Shown: piece after piece, positions 1-13,914 of the stretch
Numbering within the stretch: the first letter of the stretch is position 1
How the letters are laid out: each line of letters starts with the position of its first letter
Assembly (NCBI RefSeq): GCF_018350175.1
Contig: NC_058368.1
Location: 184,948,001 to 185,012,000 of the forward strand
Direction: 5' to 3'
Length of the DNA stretch: 64,000 nucleotides
Source: Felis catus
Lineage: Eukaryota
Notes under the pieces: generated by a model
Databases searched by the model: none
The model's input: only the letters and a program-made list of their open reading frames with translations
Told to the model about the DNA's origin: nothing
Position numbers and translations under genes: made by a program

Positions 1-185
1 CCAACTGAGTCACCCAGGTGCCCCTCTATAGGTATACTTTACCTTTCTGTGTCTACTCCTTACTTGTAAAAGAATTCCAACCTTACTTACTTGCATGACT
101 GAAGTGAGATTGCTAAGAGAATGTACTGGAAAGCACATTTTAACATCTGAAGTCATATGAGACATGAGATCTTACTGATACCAAC

Positions 186-400
186 CCTTTCAGCTTTTCT
201 TCTAGGAGTTTCAGTTCCTCAGCTCTAGATTTTGTTTCCTCTTCCAATTGTGTAATCAGCCTTTCAGCTTGTTCCTCCTTTTGCTGTAATTTATCTAGTT
301 CTTCCAGTGTTTGCTTTAATTCTTCCTCAAAGAGATCTCTCTCTTTCATCATTTCCTCTTGAAAAGAACCTAGCTTCTGTTGAAGACTGGAGGACAACTC
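186..400 (-). CDS. HMMR: HMMR exon 11 (gene continues beyond window start)
   Basis: gatgtag acceptor, gttggt donor; 215 nt; [29 protein letters not shown]...LLEEKLK(G), coiled-coil character. Confidence 0.94.
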
Positions 401-760
401 CTACATCCAAATAGAAACCACCAAAATAATATGAAATGGCATCAAGAGATTTTTACTAATGACAAAAAAAAGTACAGAAAGTAAAGTATGAATACTAAAT
501 TCAAGAGCCTCAAAAAAACAAAAACCTTTGAAAAATACGGTATCACCTGCATCTTGTCATTGATTATATTCTGCACCTTGTTAACAATGTGGTAAATGTT
601 TTTTCAGTTTTTCTATGCAACACACACTCACACACTTCTTATAAAACTAAAATTATATTCTACAACTGACTTTTAGCATATTTTTCTCAGAGGATACCAC
701 AGAAAAAGTGTACTATGATTTTGACAGTACGTAAATATATTTTAAAGTTATATAATATAC

Positions 761-925
761 AGGGGCACCTGGGCGGTTCAGTCTGTTAAATGTTCAGCTC
801 AGGTCACGACCTCATAGTTTGTGAGTTTAAGCCCCACAGTGGGCTCTGTGCTGACAGCACAGAGCCTATTTGGGATTCTCTCTCTCCTCCGCCCTCTGTC
901 TCAAAATAAACATTAAAAAAATAAA
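761..925 (+). mobile_element. CAN-SINE
   Basis: ggggcacctggg head, CT tract, aaaataaa tail. Confidence 0.85.
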
Positions 926-959
926 GTTATACAATGCACAAATATATCAATACTGGGAA

Positions 960-3065
960 AAAGTTCTAACATTAAAATAAAGTGAAGACACAAATAAATG
1001 GAGAGATTCTGTGCTCATGAATTGAAAAAATTAATATTGCTAAAATATCCATGCAACCACAGCGATCTATAGATTCAGTGCAATCCCTATCAAAATGGGA
1101 ATTTTCACAGATATAGAACAATGGAATAAGATAAAATTCATATGGAAGCACAAAATACCCTGAATAGCCAAAGTGCTCTTGAGAAAGAAGAACAAAGTTG
1201 GAGGTATCATACTCCCTGATTTCAAACTATGTTACTCAAAATAGTATGGTGATAGCATACTAACAGACACATTGATCACTAGAACAGAATAGAGCATAGA
1301 AACAAGCCCACACATATTAATTTATGATAAAGGAGTCAAAAATATACAAAGGGGAAAGAACAGCTTCTTCAATAAATGGTACTGGTAAAACTGGAAAACC
1401 ACAAACAAAAGAATAAAAGTGCACTACTACCTTAATACCATTCATAAAAATTAAATAAAAATGTATTAAATGTAAGACCTGAAACCATAAAACTCCTAAA
1501 AGAAAACATAGGCAGTAAGGTTATTGACATTGTTCTTGGTGATGATCTTTTGGATAGAACACCAAAGCAAAGGAAACAAAAGCAAAAATAAACAAGTGGG
1601 ACTACATCAAACCAAAAAGTTTCTGGGGGGCGCCTGGGTGGCTGAGTCAGTTAAAGCATCCGACTTCTGCTCAGGTCATGATCTCACAGCTCGTGAGTTC
1701 GAGCCCCATGTTGGGCTCTGTGCTGATAACTCAGAGCCTAGAGCCTGCTTCGGATTCTGTGTCTCCCTCTCCTGTTTCTGCCTCTCCCCAGTTCACTCTG
1801 TCTCTCCCAAAAATAAATAAATGTAAAAAAAAAAAAAAAAGCTTCTGCACAGGAAAAGAAACCATCAAGAAAATGAAAATGTAACTTACTTACATGGGAG
1901 AAAATATTTGCAAATCATGTATCAGATAGGGCAGACAGGGGTTATAATATATAAAGAACTCTTACAATTCAAAAGCAAAAAACCCAACTCTAATTAAAAA
2001 CTGGGTAGCAGATCTAAAGAGGCATTTCTCCAAACATCCAGATGGCCAACAGGTACGTGAAAAGATGCTCAACATCACTAATCAACAGGGAAATGTAAAT
2101 CAAAACCATAATGAGATTCACCTCATACCAGAATGGCTATTATCAATAAGACAAGAAATATGGGTGCCTGGCTGGCTCAGTCAGTGGAGCATGTAACTCT
2201 TGATCTTGGGGTCTGAGTTCGAGCCCCATGTTGGGCACAGAGATTACTTGGAAAAAAAAAAAAGACAATAGACAGTAAGTGTTGGCAAGGATGTGGAGAA
2301 AAGGGAACGCTTGTGCACTGTTGCTGAGAATGTCAATTGGTGCAGTCACTATGGAAAAGAACATGAATGGTCCTCAAAAAATTAAATACAGAATTGCCAT
2401 ACAATCTAGTAATTCCAGTTCTAAGTATTTATTTGAAGAAAATGAAAATACACACTTGAAAAGATTATGCACCCAATGTTCATATCAGCATTATTTACAA
2501 TAGTCAAGATATGGAAAAAACTTAAATGTCCACTGATGGATGGATGAATAAAGAAAATGTGGTATATATACACACAAATTGATTATTATTCACCTATAAA
2601 AAAGAAAATCTTGTTATTTGTGATGCTATGGATGGACTCTGAGGGTATTATATTAAGTGGAATAAATCAAAGAAAGAACAATATTATATGATCTTATTTA
2701 TATGTGGAATCTGGAAACAAACAAAAACCCAGCCATAGAGAACAGACCGATGGTTGCCAGAAGTGGGGATGGGTAAAATGGGTGAAAGAGTCAAAAGGTA
2801 CAAACTTCCAGTTAAAAAATACTTCAGTCATAGAGTGTTATAGCATGGTGACTATAGTTAACAGTACTGTATTGCACTTTGGAAGTTATTGAGAGAGTCT
2901 TAAACACTCCTCAGAAGAAAAAAAATTTATAGTTCTATATAGTGATAGATGCTAACTAGACTTATTGTGGTAGTAAGTTTGCAACATATACAAATGTTAA
3001 ATTGTTATGTCATATACCTGAAACTTACATAATGTTGTAAGTCAGTTATACCTCAATAAAAAAGC
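960..3065 (+). mobile_element. Old L1 (ORF2 end and 3' UTR), interrupted by CAN-SINEs at ~1625-1840 and ~2160-2262
   Basis: Typical L1 motifs (caatccctatcaaaa, ggatgtggagaaaagggaac, tatacctcaataaa plus A tail). Confidence 0.85.
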
Positions 3066-3151
3066 AAAAGCAAAACCCAGTGTAGATGTGCCCAGGAACA
3101 CTCTATGAAAGAAAACAGGGCCCTTTGCCTTTAAAAAGAACGGTCAACATA

Positions 3152-3335
3152 TGGGGCGCCTGGATGGCTCAGTCCATTAAGTGTCTGGCTTTGGCTCAGG
3201 TCATGATCTCCAGATTTGTGAGTTCAAGCCCCGCACTGGGCTCTGTCTTGACAGCTCAGAGCCAGGAGCCTGCTTCAGATTGTGTCTCCCTCTCTCTCTC
3301 TCTCTCAAAAATAAACATTAAAAAAAAATTTAAAA
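3152..3335 (+). mobile_element. CAN-SINE
   Basis: ggggcgcctggatggctcag head, (CT)n, A tail. Confidence 0.88.
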
Positions 3336-3829
3336 AGAATGGTCAATGTAAATAAGCATTCTCTCCATCCTGTACACTCCTAACAATGCATTTAGGAGAC
3401 ACATCTCTTAAATACTAAGATACAAGAAAACATTTGAAAGGTCTGCCAACAGTAACTGCAGTTGTGGGACTGGATGGGACAAAAAATAACAAAAAACAAA
3501 AAACAAATGAAGTGGAAAAATGCTTCTGACTATACCACACCCCAATCCTAGTTTCCTCATTGTAGAGATAACCACTAGTTTTGGTATATATGCCTTCTTT
3601 TTTACACATTTATACACTTAAAAAATACATACATATAAATGATATATACTACGTATGTAACGAACATTTAAAAAAATCCTAAAAATAGTTGAGATCTTCA
3701 AGTCAGTATATATAGATCTATTTAATTCCTTCAGTTGTTGCAAGTTGCCCAAAATATAGTATTTCGCATCAGTGCATTTACCTGTTTGCTCCACTCTCAC
3801 TAATGTGTTCTGTATTATCAAATATTTTA

Positions 3830-3925
3830 AATGTTTATTTATTTTGAGATAGAAAGCACAGCTGTGTGCCTGTGCACACAAGTGTGCATGAGTGGGGGAG
3901 GGGGAGAGAGGGAGAGAGGGAGAGA

Positions 3926-3973
<48 letters not shown>

Positions 3974-4074
3974 CCCAAGCAGGCTCCACACTGTCGGCAC
4001 AGAGCCTGATGAAGGGCTCAATCTCACCACCTGTGAAATCAGACACTTAAATGACTAAGCCACCTAGGTGCCCC
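3830..4074 (-). mobile_element. CAN-SINE with expanded (GA)n
   Basis: Reverse head ends ...ccacctaggtgcccc; tattatcaaat repeated on both flanks. Confidence 0.88.
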
Positions 4075-4389
4075 TATTATCAAATGCTTTAATGTGTGCC
4101 AATCTTGTAAGGGGAAAAAATTATTTCCATTTCTTTGATTATTACTAAGGTAGAGTATTCGTGTTTACAGATTATCTGAATTTCTACTGAGAATAATAAA
4201 TTTACATGCTATGCTCATTTTTTTAATAAACTTTCTTCTCACATAAAATATTTTTTATGTAATCTGGGTTTTAAAAATTTTTCAGTTTTGTTTCACATGC
4301 ATTTAGACACTATTTTACAACATAACTGTAAATGCCTAAGTAGTAATCTAACACAAGAATGTGCCAGAAAATATTAAAAAAAATTTTTT

Positions 4390-4591
4390 TATTATGTTTC
4401 TTTATTTTTGAGAGGCAGAGAGAGCATGAGTATGGAGGGGCACAGAGAAAGAGAGACATAGAATCTGAAGCAGGCTCCAGGCTCTGAGCCGTCAGCCCAG
4501 AGCCCCAATGCAGGGCTTGAACCCACAAACTGTGAGATCATGACCTGAGCCGAAGTCGGACACTCAACCGACTGAGCCACCCAGGTGCCCC
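4390..4591 (-). mobile_element. CAN-SINE
   Basis: Reverse consensus; tgccagaaaatatt repeated on both flanks. Confidence 0.88.
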
Positions 4592-4848
4592 TATGCCAGA
4601 AAATATTTTTAAACTATTTTCTTATTTTGGTTTATTAGTTGCTTATAATTTTTTCACATCATCAATAATGTGGTGAATATTTGTGTGGCTTAACAGCATA
4701 TACACGACTATTTCCTCAAGATAAGACTTTAAAAATAGAATTGTTGGATCAAAAGACATATATAATTTAAAGGTTTTCAGATACACAGGGAAATGTATGA
4801 CATATAACAAGCAAAAGTTTTTGCTTTTTTTTTATTGTAGTGTACTAC

Positions 4849-4997
4849 CTTCTCTTGTTGCAGAAGTGAATCACTTTGCAGTTCTTTTTGTCGTAACTTT
4901 TCATGTTCTTCCTTTTCAAGAATAAGTTTCTCCTTTAAGTTTTGCATTTCAGAATTCAGAGCTTCATCCTGTTCCCTATCCCTGTTGATGAGGTCTT
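4849..4997 (-). CDS. HMMR: HMMR exon 10
   Basis: ttgtatag acceptor, gtagta donor; 149 nt; (E)[49 protein letters not shown]. Confidence 0.94.
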
Positions 4998-5364
4998 CTA
5001 TACAAATGAAATGCTGTATTTAGATACATGTATTTAGAGAATGTATTGCATTTAGAGAAACTGGATTTCCATATACCCATTTTTTGCTGTTAGCATGTTA
5101 TACAGATCAAGTATTTCCAAAGAAATAAAGCCAAAACATAATTCTGAAGTTTGTATCATTTACTACACAAAATGTAGTGCATATCCTATGGTATGTCTTC
5201 TCAATTTAAATGGCCACCCAATGAGGAAGTCAAGAAATGTACCACTGTATATATTTCAATCAAGACAAGCAATATATTGAAATAAACAGAAAACAAACAT
5301 TGTAAAAGACAAACATTCTCATATGGGAATAGGATTTTAATGTTATTTCCACAATTTTTTAAAA

Positions 5365-5565
5365 AACTCTTAAATACAGAGAACAAACTGAGGGTTGATG
5401 GAGTCGGGAGTTGAAGGAGGGGTGGGGGAGATGGGTGATGGGCATTAAGGAGGGCACTTGTTGGGACAAGCACTGGGTGTTGTATGTAAGTGATAAATCA
5501 TGGGAATCTACCCCTGAAGCCGAGACTACACTGTATGTTAGCTAACTTGACAATAAAAAAAAAAA
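5365..5565 (+). mobile_element. 5'-truncated carnivore L1 3' end
   Basis: gagaacaaactgagggttgatgg...aggagggcacttgttggga...caataaa plus A tail. Confidence 0.8.
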
Positions 5566-5625
5566 GTTTGTTTTAATACAGCAGTACAGTCCTTACACAC
5601 TGTACATGTTACTTATGTTACATAC

Positions 5626-5804
5626 CTTTTTCTTTTTCAAGCAGCTGACACTTAGCATTTAGGTTTTCGACTTGTTTAGAAAGCATAGCAACATTTTCCT
5701 CAAGAGATTGCTTAAGGCTTAAAACTTCATAATTCTTCTCTTTCAAATTTTCTTCTAACTGGGCAATATCTAGCTTGTATTTTTCCACTTGATCTGATGC
5801 ACAA
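5626..5804 (-). CDS. HMMR: HMMR exon 9
   Basis: tactgtag acceptor, gtatgt donor; 179 nt; [23 protein letters not shown]...CQLLEKEK. Confidence 0.95.
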
Positions 5805-5843
5805 CTACAGTAAAACAAATTATTTTGAAGAGCACATAATTTA

Positions 5844-6058
5844 TTTTTTTTTCAACGTTTATTTATTTTTTGGGGGACAGAGAGAGACAGAGCATGAACA
5901 GGGGAGGGGCAGAGAGAGAGGGAGACACAGAATCGGAACCAGGCTCCAGGCTCTGAGCCATCAGCCCAGAGCCTGACGCGGGGCTCGAACTCACGGACCG
6001 GGAGATCGTGACCTGGCTGAAGTCGGACGCTTAACCGACTGCACCACCCAGGGGCCCC
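5844..6058 (-). mobile_element. Young felid-type CAN-SINE
   Basis: CpG-rich near-consensus copy; perfect 17-bp TSD GAAGAGCACATAATTTA at 5827 and 6059. Confidence 0.93.
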
Positions 6059-6168
6059 GAAGAGCACATAATTTAGGCACAGGGAAAATTAAACTAAAAA
6101 GGATGAAAATGATGTATTCATCACTATTCAACAAAATAAGGTCCAATTTAAAACTACTATTAATATTA

Positions 6169-6270
<102 letters not shown>

Positions 6271-6619
6271 TCACAGTAGTCACACATAATGTTTAATCTG
6301 TACCAGATACTGCTGTATCAGATAGGCTATCTCTAGACTCCAAATCCTTAATTCTTATTTTCTGTGACCTCTTAAGTTGACAATTTAGTATATGCAAATA
6401 GGAAACTGAAGGTTTTTTTAAAGTGAGAAAGCTTTCCAAATAAATTCTGATAAATTTCATGATGATGAAAATTGCACCTATAACACTCCAAGTGTTAGAA
6501 ATGATCTTTCTTGTAGCCTTCCCAGTCCCTACCCCACCATCACACATACAAAATAGCCTTTGTTCTAGGTTGATTTTTATGCAATTACTTCGGTGTTTAC
6601 CTCCTCCAAACAACTCAAT

Positions 6620-7152
6620 TTAAAAAATGAGCAAGAAAGTTAAATAGACACCTTACAAAAGGATATATATGAATGGTCAGTGAGCACATACAGTGAAGCT
6701 CGGCCTTAGACTAACAAAATTACAAATGAGATACTATTTCCTACCTACTAAAAGGTGGAAATCAAACAGACTGACAATATCAAACCTTGGAGACGTGGAA
6801 CAGTTGCACCTATCATGCATTGCTAAGTGGGACTGTAAAATGGCTCATACAACCACTCTGGGTTTGTTTGTTTGTTTGTTTTAATAATTTACACATATAC
6901 TACACTACCCTATGACCCATGTATTCCAATCCTAGATGTTCATTCAGGAGAAATAAAAACTTACGTCCACAAAAAGATATACACAGCGGACTTATTCACA
7001 CTATCAGAAAACTGGAAACAAATAATGATCAACAGAGGAATAGTAAACAAATGGAGGTATATTCAGATAGTGGAATATTACTCAGAAATAGAGAACAAAT
7101 TATAATACAACAGTATAGATGAATCTTAAAATACTATGTTAAACAAAAGAAG

Positions 7153-7183
<31 letters not shown>

Positions 7184-7450
7184 GATAAACACCTCCCATC
7201 CCCACCCTCCAAAGACCAAACTAATTTATATGATGGAAGTCAGAAAGTGGCTTCACGTGTTGGGGGGCCTCATAATGGGGAAGAGCAGGGGAGCAGGAAG
7301 AGGCAGGAAGGAATTTTCTGAGAGGATGGTAATGTTCTCTGTCTTGTTTGTAGGGTGATTACAGAGGTGTATACAATTGTCAAAAGTCATCAAACTGAAT
7401 ACTTATGATCTATATATTTTTTGTAGGTAAGTTACAGCTCAATCATAAAA
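6620..7450 (+). mobile_element. Old L1 (L1M-type) 3' region with (CA)n
   Basis: Degenerate L1 3' motifs (gaaataaaaacttacgtccacaaaaag, gtcaaaagtcatcaaactg). Confidence 0.7.
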
Positions 7451-7781
7451 AGGAAGGCTAGGATTATACATTAATCACAGCTTCTTATACCAATATTCCT
7501 CAGTTTTGGTCTACCATCTCCATAAGATGATGCTACTACAAAGATGAGGAGGCCTTTCCTCATAATTTGTACAAAAGATGGACAAAAGTAATACATTTAT
7601 ATATCTTTTCAGCATTAAATGGGAGTGATCAGGGCTCAGCTAAAGAAGAGAAATAAGGCAAGGAGGGAGGCAATGAGAGAAGTATGGAGGAAGGTTAAGT
7701 CTCAGTAAACAAGAGAGAGGTGAGAGAGGGAAATCAACAATTAGTTATACTTAACAATTTCTCTTTCTTTTTAGGCACTCA

Positions 7782-7883
<102 letters not shown>

Positions 7884-7970
7884 CTACACAACAAAAATAG
7901 GTGTTAGGAAGTGGAAGTTGTTCAGGTCCCCAGATCCAGACACAGCAAACTCACCAAAAGTATCACTCAC

Positions 7971-8057
7971 CCTTATCTTTGTTTCTCTCTTGTTTCTAAG
8001 TTTCATTAATTCGAGGCTTAGAATTCTCATAGTCTTCTGGTTATTATCTTCAGAAAA
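7971..8057 (-). CDS. HMMR: HMMR exon 6
   Basis: gtacttag acceptor, gtgagt donor; 87 nt; [29 protein letters not shown]. Confidence 0.95.
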
Positions 8058-8329
8058 CTAAGTACAAGAAACATATAAAAACATTTAGATATATTTTCTG
8101 TTAGATCTTATATAAAATCACATAAATATTGATTATTCTATTACTGGGACTATTATTTACCTACAACATATTCTGGTAGAGAAAATGCCTTTGATCACAC
8201 CAGGATTACTGATTTTATGTAATATTGCTACTGTTCTTGTCCTTCTTTTTGATTAATGTGACTTTCTGGCTTATTTATTTTTATTTTACTTTTTCTAAAG
8301 ATTCTATTTTATTTAAAAAAATTTCTTTT

Positions 8330-8556
8330 AACATTTATTATTTTTGAGAGACAGAGAGAAAGATGGCACAAGCAGGGGAGAGGCAGAGAGAGACAGATAC
8401 ACAGAATCCAAAGCAGGTTTCAGGCTGTAAGCTGTCAGCACAGAGCCTGATGTGGGGCTTGAACTCACAAACTGTGAGATCATGACCTGAGCAAAGTCAG
8501 ATGCTTAACCGACTGAGCCATCCAGGCTCAGCTAAAGATTTTATTTTAAATAATCT

Positions 8557-8598
<42 letters not shown>

Positions 8599-8663
8599 GG
8601 CTTGAACTCACAACCCTGAGATTAAGAGCTACATGCATCACCAAGTGAACCTTCCAGGCACCC
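8330..8663 (-). mobile_element. Two adjacent CAN-SINEs; the second contains (AC)n
   Basis: Reverse SINE bodies 8330-8530 and ~8540-8663. Confidence 0.8.
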
Positions 8664-9508
8664 TTTTCTGCTTACATTTTAAAGCTCCTTGGGTAGTTAC
8701 CTACCTCCACATGCTGGAGAGTCCACTGCAAGCCTCCAAAACAAGCTTCTCAGAGAGGATTTTGTAATATGTGCTTGTTTAACAAAATGCATCTAAACTG
8801 CCTAGTCTATTTTGAAATATGTAGACTATACAGTTCATCCCAGGCCAACTAAATCAGAATCTCCCTGGATGGGGCCTAGGAATCTGCTTTTTTCCCTAAG
8901 CTTGATTCATACGCATCCTCACTCAAAGAGTTCAACACATTACAGGCTCTGAATAGATGACTGCTATTAAACTGAACAGTGACGTACAGCCTCCTTTTAC
9001 TTCTGACAAAAGCAAATGACCGTGTTATGTCCTTTAAGATCTATTAGTATATTATTAATAATACTAATATTAAATAAAATATTTATAAACAGAATATCTA
9101 TTAAACACATTTAATCCACAAATTTATTCACTTCCCACTTCAATCCCAAAAGGATTTGAAATGGAAGCCTGCTGTCATGTGATTATTTCAGAGAAAGATC
9201 TAGTGAGTTCTAGACATAAATTCTACAAGTTTTATTAATGCCCTTATTTATTAGGAGTGACTTTGAAGGAGGGTGAGAAAATGCCAGACATTAAAACAAA
9301 AAGCAACTTGTTTATCATTTCTTATGTGTCAGATACCATAATAAAAAAGACAATGATAATTCTTTTTGGAAGCAGCTTAACATTTAAGGTACATTTGGTA
9401 AAGGAAAAAGGCTAAACTAGAGCCTAAAATTCTCAAGATATAAGAAAAAAAACCTACAACATGTTTATAACTTATTCAGTTGTAAATATTACCATGAGAT
9501 TTAAATAC

Positions 9509-9697
9509 CTTTGATTTTAGTAGCTCATTAGTCCTGGTTAATTCAATAAGCTGTTTTTCTAGTGAAGCATTACTTGCAGAGAGAGATGTTTTCTCCCTGA
9601 CTGCAGCATTTAGCTTAGCCTCTGTCTTCTCTAACTCGGCTTCCAGATCCTGGATCCGCTTATCCTGAGCACCACGTTCTTGCACGAGAACACGAAT
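9509..9697 (-). CDS. HMMR: HMMR exon 5
   Basis: ccgtccag acceptor, gtattt donor; 189 nt; [24 protein letters not shown]...NELLKSK. Confidence 0.96.
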
Positions 9698-10417
9698 CTG
9701 GACGGAAACAAGGTGATAAGTGAATGATTTACCAATACAATGCCAATGTAACTAGATGCTACTGAAAATAAAACATTCAAATTCTAGAAAAAGCTTTGTG
9801 ACATGATGTTGTTAAATATTCTGATTTCACTAGCTGTTTGAACATTCATATTTATAGGTTTTAAAAATCTGTAAGAACTTAAATCTGTAAGCATTTTAAG
9901 AAGAGAGGATTTTAATTGTTGTAAGCTTCCAGGTATAATTAAACTGTTCACTTTTAAGGTATTTCTACCTATAAGAGTTCTTCTTTTCTCTAGTTCTAGT
10001 TATATGAACTCAAATTATAGTTTGAAATGCTAACTATCTTTTTTATTTCAAGAAGGCAGAATGGGGCTTCTGTGTAGGATATAGTAAGCACTACAATAGG
10101 AGTGATGAGTAAGCCACCACTCTTGTTGCAATTATGAGATCAAAACCAAAATCAAAACCACCTGACAACAGAAAATGTGGAAGTCAGGAGACAATGAAAT
10201 GACTTGTTTAATATAAGGGGGAAAGTACCAATCTAAAATTCTGTTCCCAAGGAAAATATCCTTTAAATTTGAAGGTGACATGACGATGTCTTACGAGAAA
10301 AGAAAAGCTGAGAGGATTTGCCAATAGCCTGCAGAACAAAAGGTACTAAAGGAGTGTGTAGGCTCAACAAAAATGATCCCAGATATTTACAAGATTTGCA
10401 CTTTAAATATAAGGACA

Positions 10418-10645
10418 GGGGCGCCTGGGTGGCTCAGTTGGTTGAGCATCCGACTTCAGCTCAGGTCACGATCTTGCGGTCCGTGAGTTCGAGCCCCACG
10501 TCAGGCTCTGGGCTAATGGCCCAGAGCCTGGAGCCTGCTTATGATTCTGTGTCTCCCTCTCTCTTTGACCCTCCCCCGTTCATGCTCTGTCTCCCTCTGT
10601 CTCAAAAATAAATAAATGTTAAAAAAAAAAATTAAGAAAAAAAAA
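10418..10645 (+). mobile_element. CAN-SINE within an old L1 fragment (~10090-11120)
   Basis: Full head, CT tract and A tail; aaggaca on both flanks. Confidence 0.88.
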
Positions 10646-11399
10646 AGGACATAGAAAGACATAATAATGGGTCAGGAAAGATCTACCATGTAAATATTAA
10701 ACAAAAGAAAGATGGGATGCCCTTATTAATATGATACAAAGTAGACATTTAAGGCAGAAAGCATTATTAGCGATAAAGAAGGAATTTTATAATGGAAAGG
10801 TCATTTCAAGAGGAAGATACAATCAAATTTGTTGTGCAACTTTAAGTTCAAAATATACAAAGCAAAATGTATATTGTGTACATTACATAGGTGTATGTAT
10901 GAGGTAGAAATGAGAAAGTACCTCTTTCTCTAGCTAATAGAATAAACAGACAAAAATATCAGTACAAAACTTTTAAACATACTGAACTGACATATATAAA
11001 CTGTACCAACAAGTACATATACATTCTTTTCTAGTGCACATAAAACATTTACCAAAATAGATTATTTGTTGGGTACAAAAGCATCGAAACAGCATAGTTG
11101 TATTAAGTCACATGAAGTATTTCCTACTCTTTCTTAACTGACTTTGTGTTGATACTAATCTCAGTATTTTAGGCCAAAAATGCTTACCTAAAAATGTATC
11201 AAACACCATATGTATATATATGGCTATGAACTAGATGCTAGCGATTGAATGAGCTTTAAGGTTCCCTACCAGAAGATTCTCTACGCTTATATTATTGGTT
11301 TATAAACAACATTTATAGCAAAATATTATAAACTAGAAAAAAGAACACCGAGATTATCTTTACAGGTTTTTGCAGTTAAGGAAGTTTAAGCTTCAAAAA

Positions 11400-11680
11400 A
11401 AGGGTTTGTACACTCAAATGCCTATGTGGCCAAGCAGATGATATAAATAAGTAGAGAGAGCCAGGTGAGGACTGAGGAGCAAATGTGGAGTATAAAGGAG
11501 GCAGCCCTGCAAAGCCCTAGCATCTTGTTGCCCTGTAGTAGAAAGTGGAAACAGTGTCGTCAGATCGTCTGATTTTGCAACATAAGCCAGAAATCTGAAT
11601 GTTTTACATGAAATGTTACTTTTAAATATTGATAATTAATTCAAATTAAATAAACAAACAACAAATACTATGGGGCTTAA
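11400..11680 (+). mobile_element. hAT-Charlie-type remnant (MER103-like)
   Basis: cagatcgtctgattttgcaacataagccagaaatctg...aattaattcaaat resembles the recalled MER103 consensus. Confidence 0.55.
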
Positions 11681-11729
11681 ATAAAAAAGAGCTCTATTTG
11701 TTAAAAAAAAAAAAAAATCTCTATTCTAA

Positions 11730-11854
11730 TGGTGCCTGGGTGGCTTAGTCAGTTAAGCATCTGGCTCTTAATTTCGGCTCAGGTAATGATCTCATGGTTG
11801 CAAGATTGAGCCCCACATAGAACTCTTCACTGGCAGTGTGGAGCCTGCTTAGGA

Positions 11855-11885
<31 letters not shown>

Positions 11886-11945
11886 CCTCTCCCTCTCTCT
11901 CTCTCTCCCTCTCTCTCTGCGCCTCTCAAAAATAAACTTAAAAAA
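11730..11945 (+). mobile_element. CAN-SINE
   Basis: Head, long CT tract, A tail; tctattctaa on both flanks. Confidence 0.88.
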
Positions 11946-12344
11946 ACCTTTCTATTCTAAACGACTAAGAAACTGATGCAAATTATCAGTTCTAATCTTG
12001 GCACTGCCACTCACTTACCAGTTAACTGAGACTCAGTTATCACCTCTCTAAGTATTAACCCCTACATTGTAGGCATGTATCCTCAATAAAATGATGGCCA
12101 ACATAATTAAATACTAAAAGAATCAGAGCAACCAGGGCAGAGATTTGCAAAGCTATCTTGACGTATTCTTGGTCCTAAGCTAACATTTAACTGTAATCAC
12201 TGGAATGTTTTAATATGTCATAAGAATATGTACACTAGAAAAAGAGTTGGTCAGCAATGTAAACATGGAAAGAAAACTGCTAGAGAAGCAAAACTGGTAG
12301 TGACCATCTTACTCCTGCTTAGGGAAGTTAGTGGACTCTTTAGG

Positions 12345-12530
12345 TCAGCATTGCTCAGTAGAGACTTCTGCCATGGTGGAAATGTACTGTATAGTATGGG
12401 AGCCACTCACTGGAGTGCTTACAGCGCATTTAAAATGTGACTAGTGCAATTGAACTATTGAGTTCTTACTTTTACTTAATTTAAATAAATCTCAAATGGT
12501 GAGTGGCTACCATACTGGACAGGATAGCTC
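12345..12530 (+). mobile_element. MER3-like DNA transposon remnant
   Basis: acttctgccatggtggaaatgt...gtggctaccatactggaca. Confidence 0.6.
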
Positions 12531-13037
12531 CAGATTTACCCTCCAGCTCCATTTTATCCTTAAATAAGGCATATATAACTTACAGAGCAGAGGATGTGTA
12601 AGATTAGCACAACTCTTTCACAATTCAACTAACCTGCTAGGATTTCATGCTAAGAAATTCTCTAGCTAGTCACTGTCTTAACATAAACATTAGCATACAG
12701 GAAGAGTGTGCACTGAGTAAATGTAAATATTTGACACACGCATAATTGCAATATAGCAATATATTAATTTTTAGTGATCAATTTTTCATAGAGTGGGTAA
12801 TCTTGAATCTGCCCCTAACAAACTTGACACTGTCAGCATACCACACTGACCACCAGGCTCCGAAACTTAGTATCTAATGAAGCTAAGGAATAGTTACCTT
12901 GCAGGCACTGGTCTGGACAGATTATCTGCCTTGCTATGCAACTCCCCAAACTGCAACAGAATACCTGTCTCTTAACTCTAAGTACTCTGCATTTTATAGC
13001 ACATTTATTTTTCAATTAAGTTGAAAGCATTGCTTAC

Positions 13038-13085
13038 CTCTTTTTCTAGTATCTTCAAATCTTTATCATTCTTTTGAGACTCCTT
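13038..13085 (-). CDS. HMMR: HMMR exon 4 (48 nt, phase 0/0, skippable)
   Basis: aaatag|AAG acceptor, gtaagc donor; KESQKNDKDLKILEKE. Confidence 0.94.
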
Positions 13086-13180
13086 CTATTTAAAAATCAG
13101 AGATAAGCAGATTTAAGCACCACAAATATCACAGCCAAATTTGATTTTTAGCTATAAAAAAAGATTAAAGAGTTCAAATT

Positions 13181-13383
<203 letters not shown>

Positions 13384-13792
13384 TTTCTTCTTTTCTTGAA
13401 AATATAATTGACTTTACTAATTGATTCATGCATCAGGCAGCATCCCATCTAGCAAGTAGAGGGGAGCTGCCTCCCAAACAGTTAATTTTTATTTTAAAAA
13501 TTTCCTGTGTCTATTAAACATTTTGTAGGAGACTTACCCGGTAAAAGAAGGAATGGATTCTTTAAGTCTTAAAATAATTCAGGTTTAAGTTTTCACCCCC
13601 ATAGATTATTGGGCTTTTCCTAATAAGTCCAGGGAAAAGAACAGGTGGCGCTTTAAGAATAAAGCTACTGAGCGCTTTCTTTCTAATGTTAAACAGCAAT
13701 ACATTTTGAATATTTAATTATGCTATCCCAGAAAGAAAACAATCTTACAAAGAAAAATCAACTTAAACTCTGATACTCAAAGAGTAAAAAAA

Positions 13793-13872
13793 TGTGTGTG
13801 TGTGTGTATATGTATACATATACATACACATACACATATACATATACATCATATACATATACACACACACAC
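13793..13872. repeat. (TG)n/(TA)/(CA)n compound microsatellite
   Basis: Directly visible. Confidence 0.9.
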
Positions 13873-13914
13873 AGAAATAAAAATTAAAATGGTATAAGAT
13901 TTAAAAAAAAATTT

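Noticed and set aside
1524..1884. Recurrent ORFs such as MISQLVSSSP...LEPASDSVSP (also 3086, 4392, 5852, 10318, 14149, 32473, 49559, 58591, 59729)
   Set aside because: Translations of CAN-SINE consensus sequence, not genes
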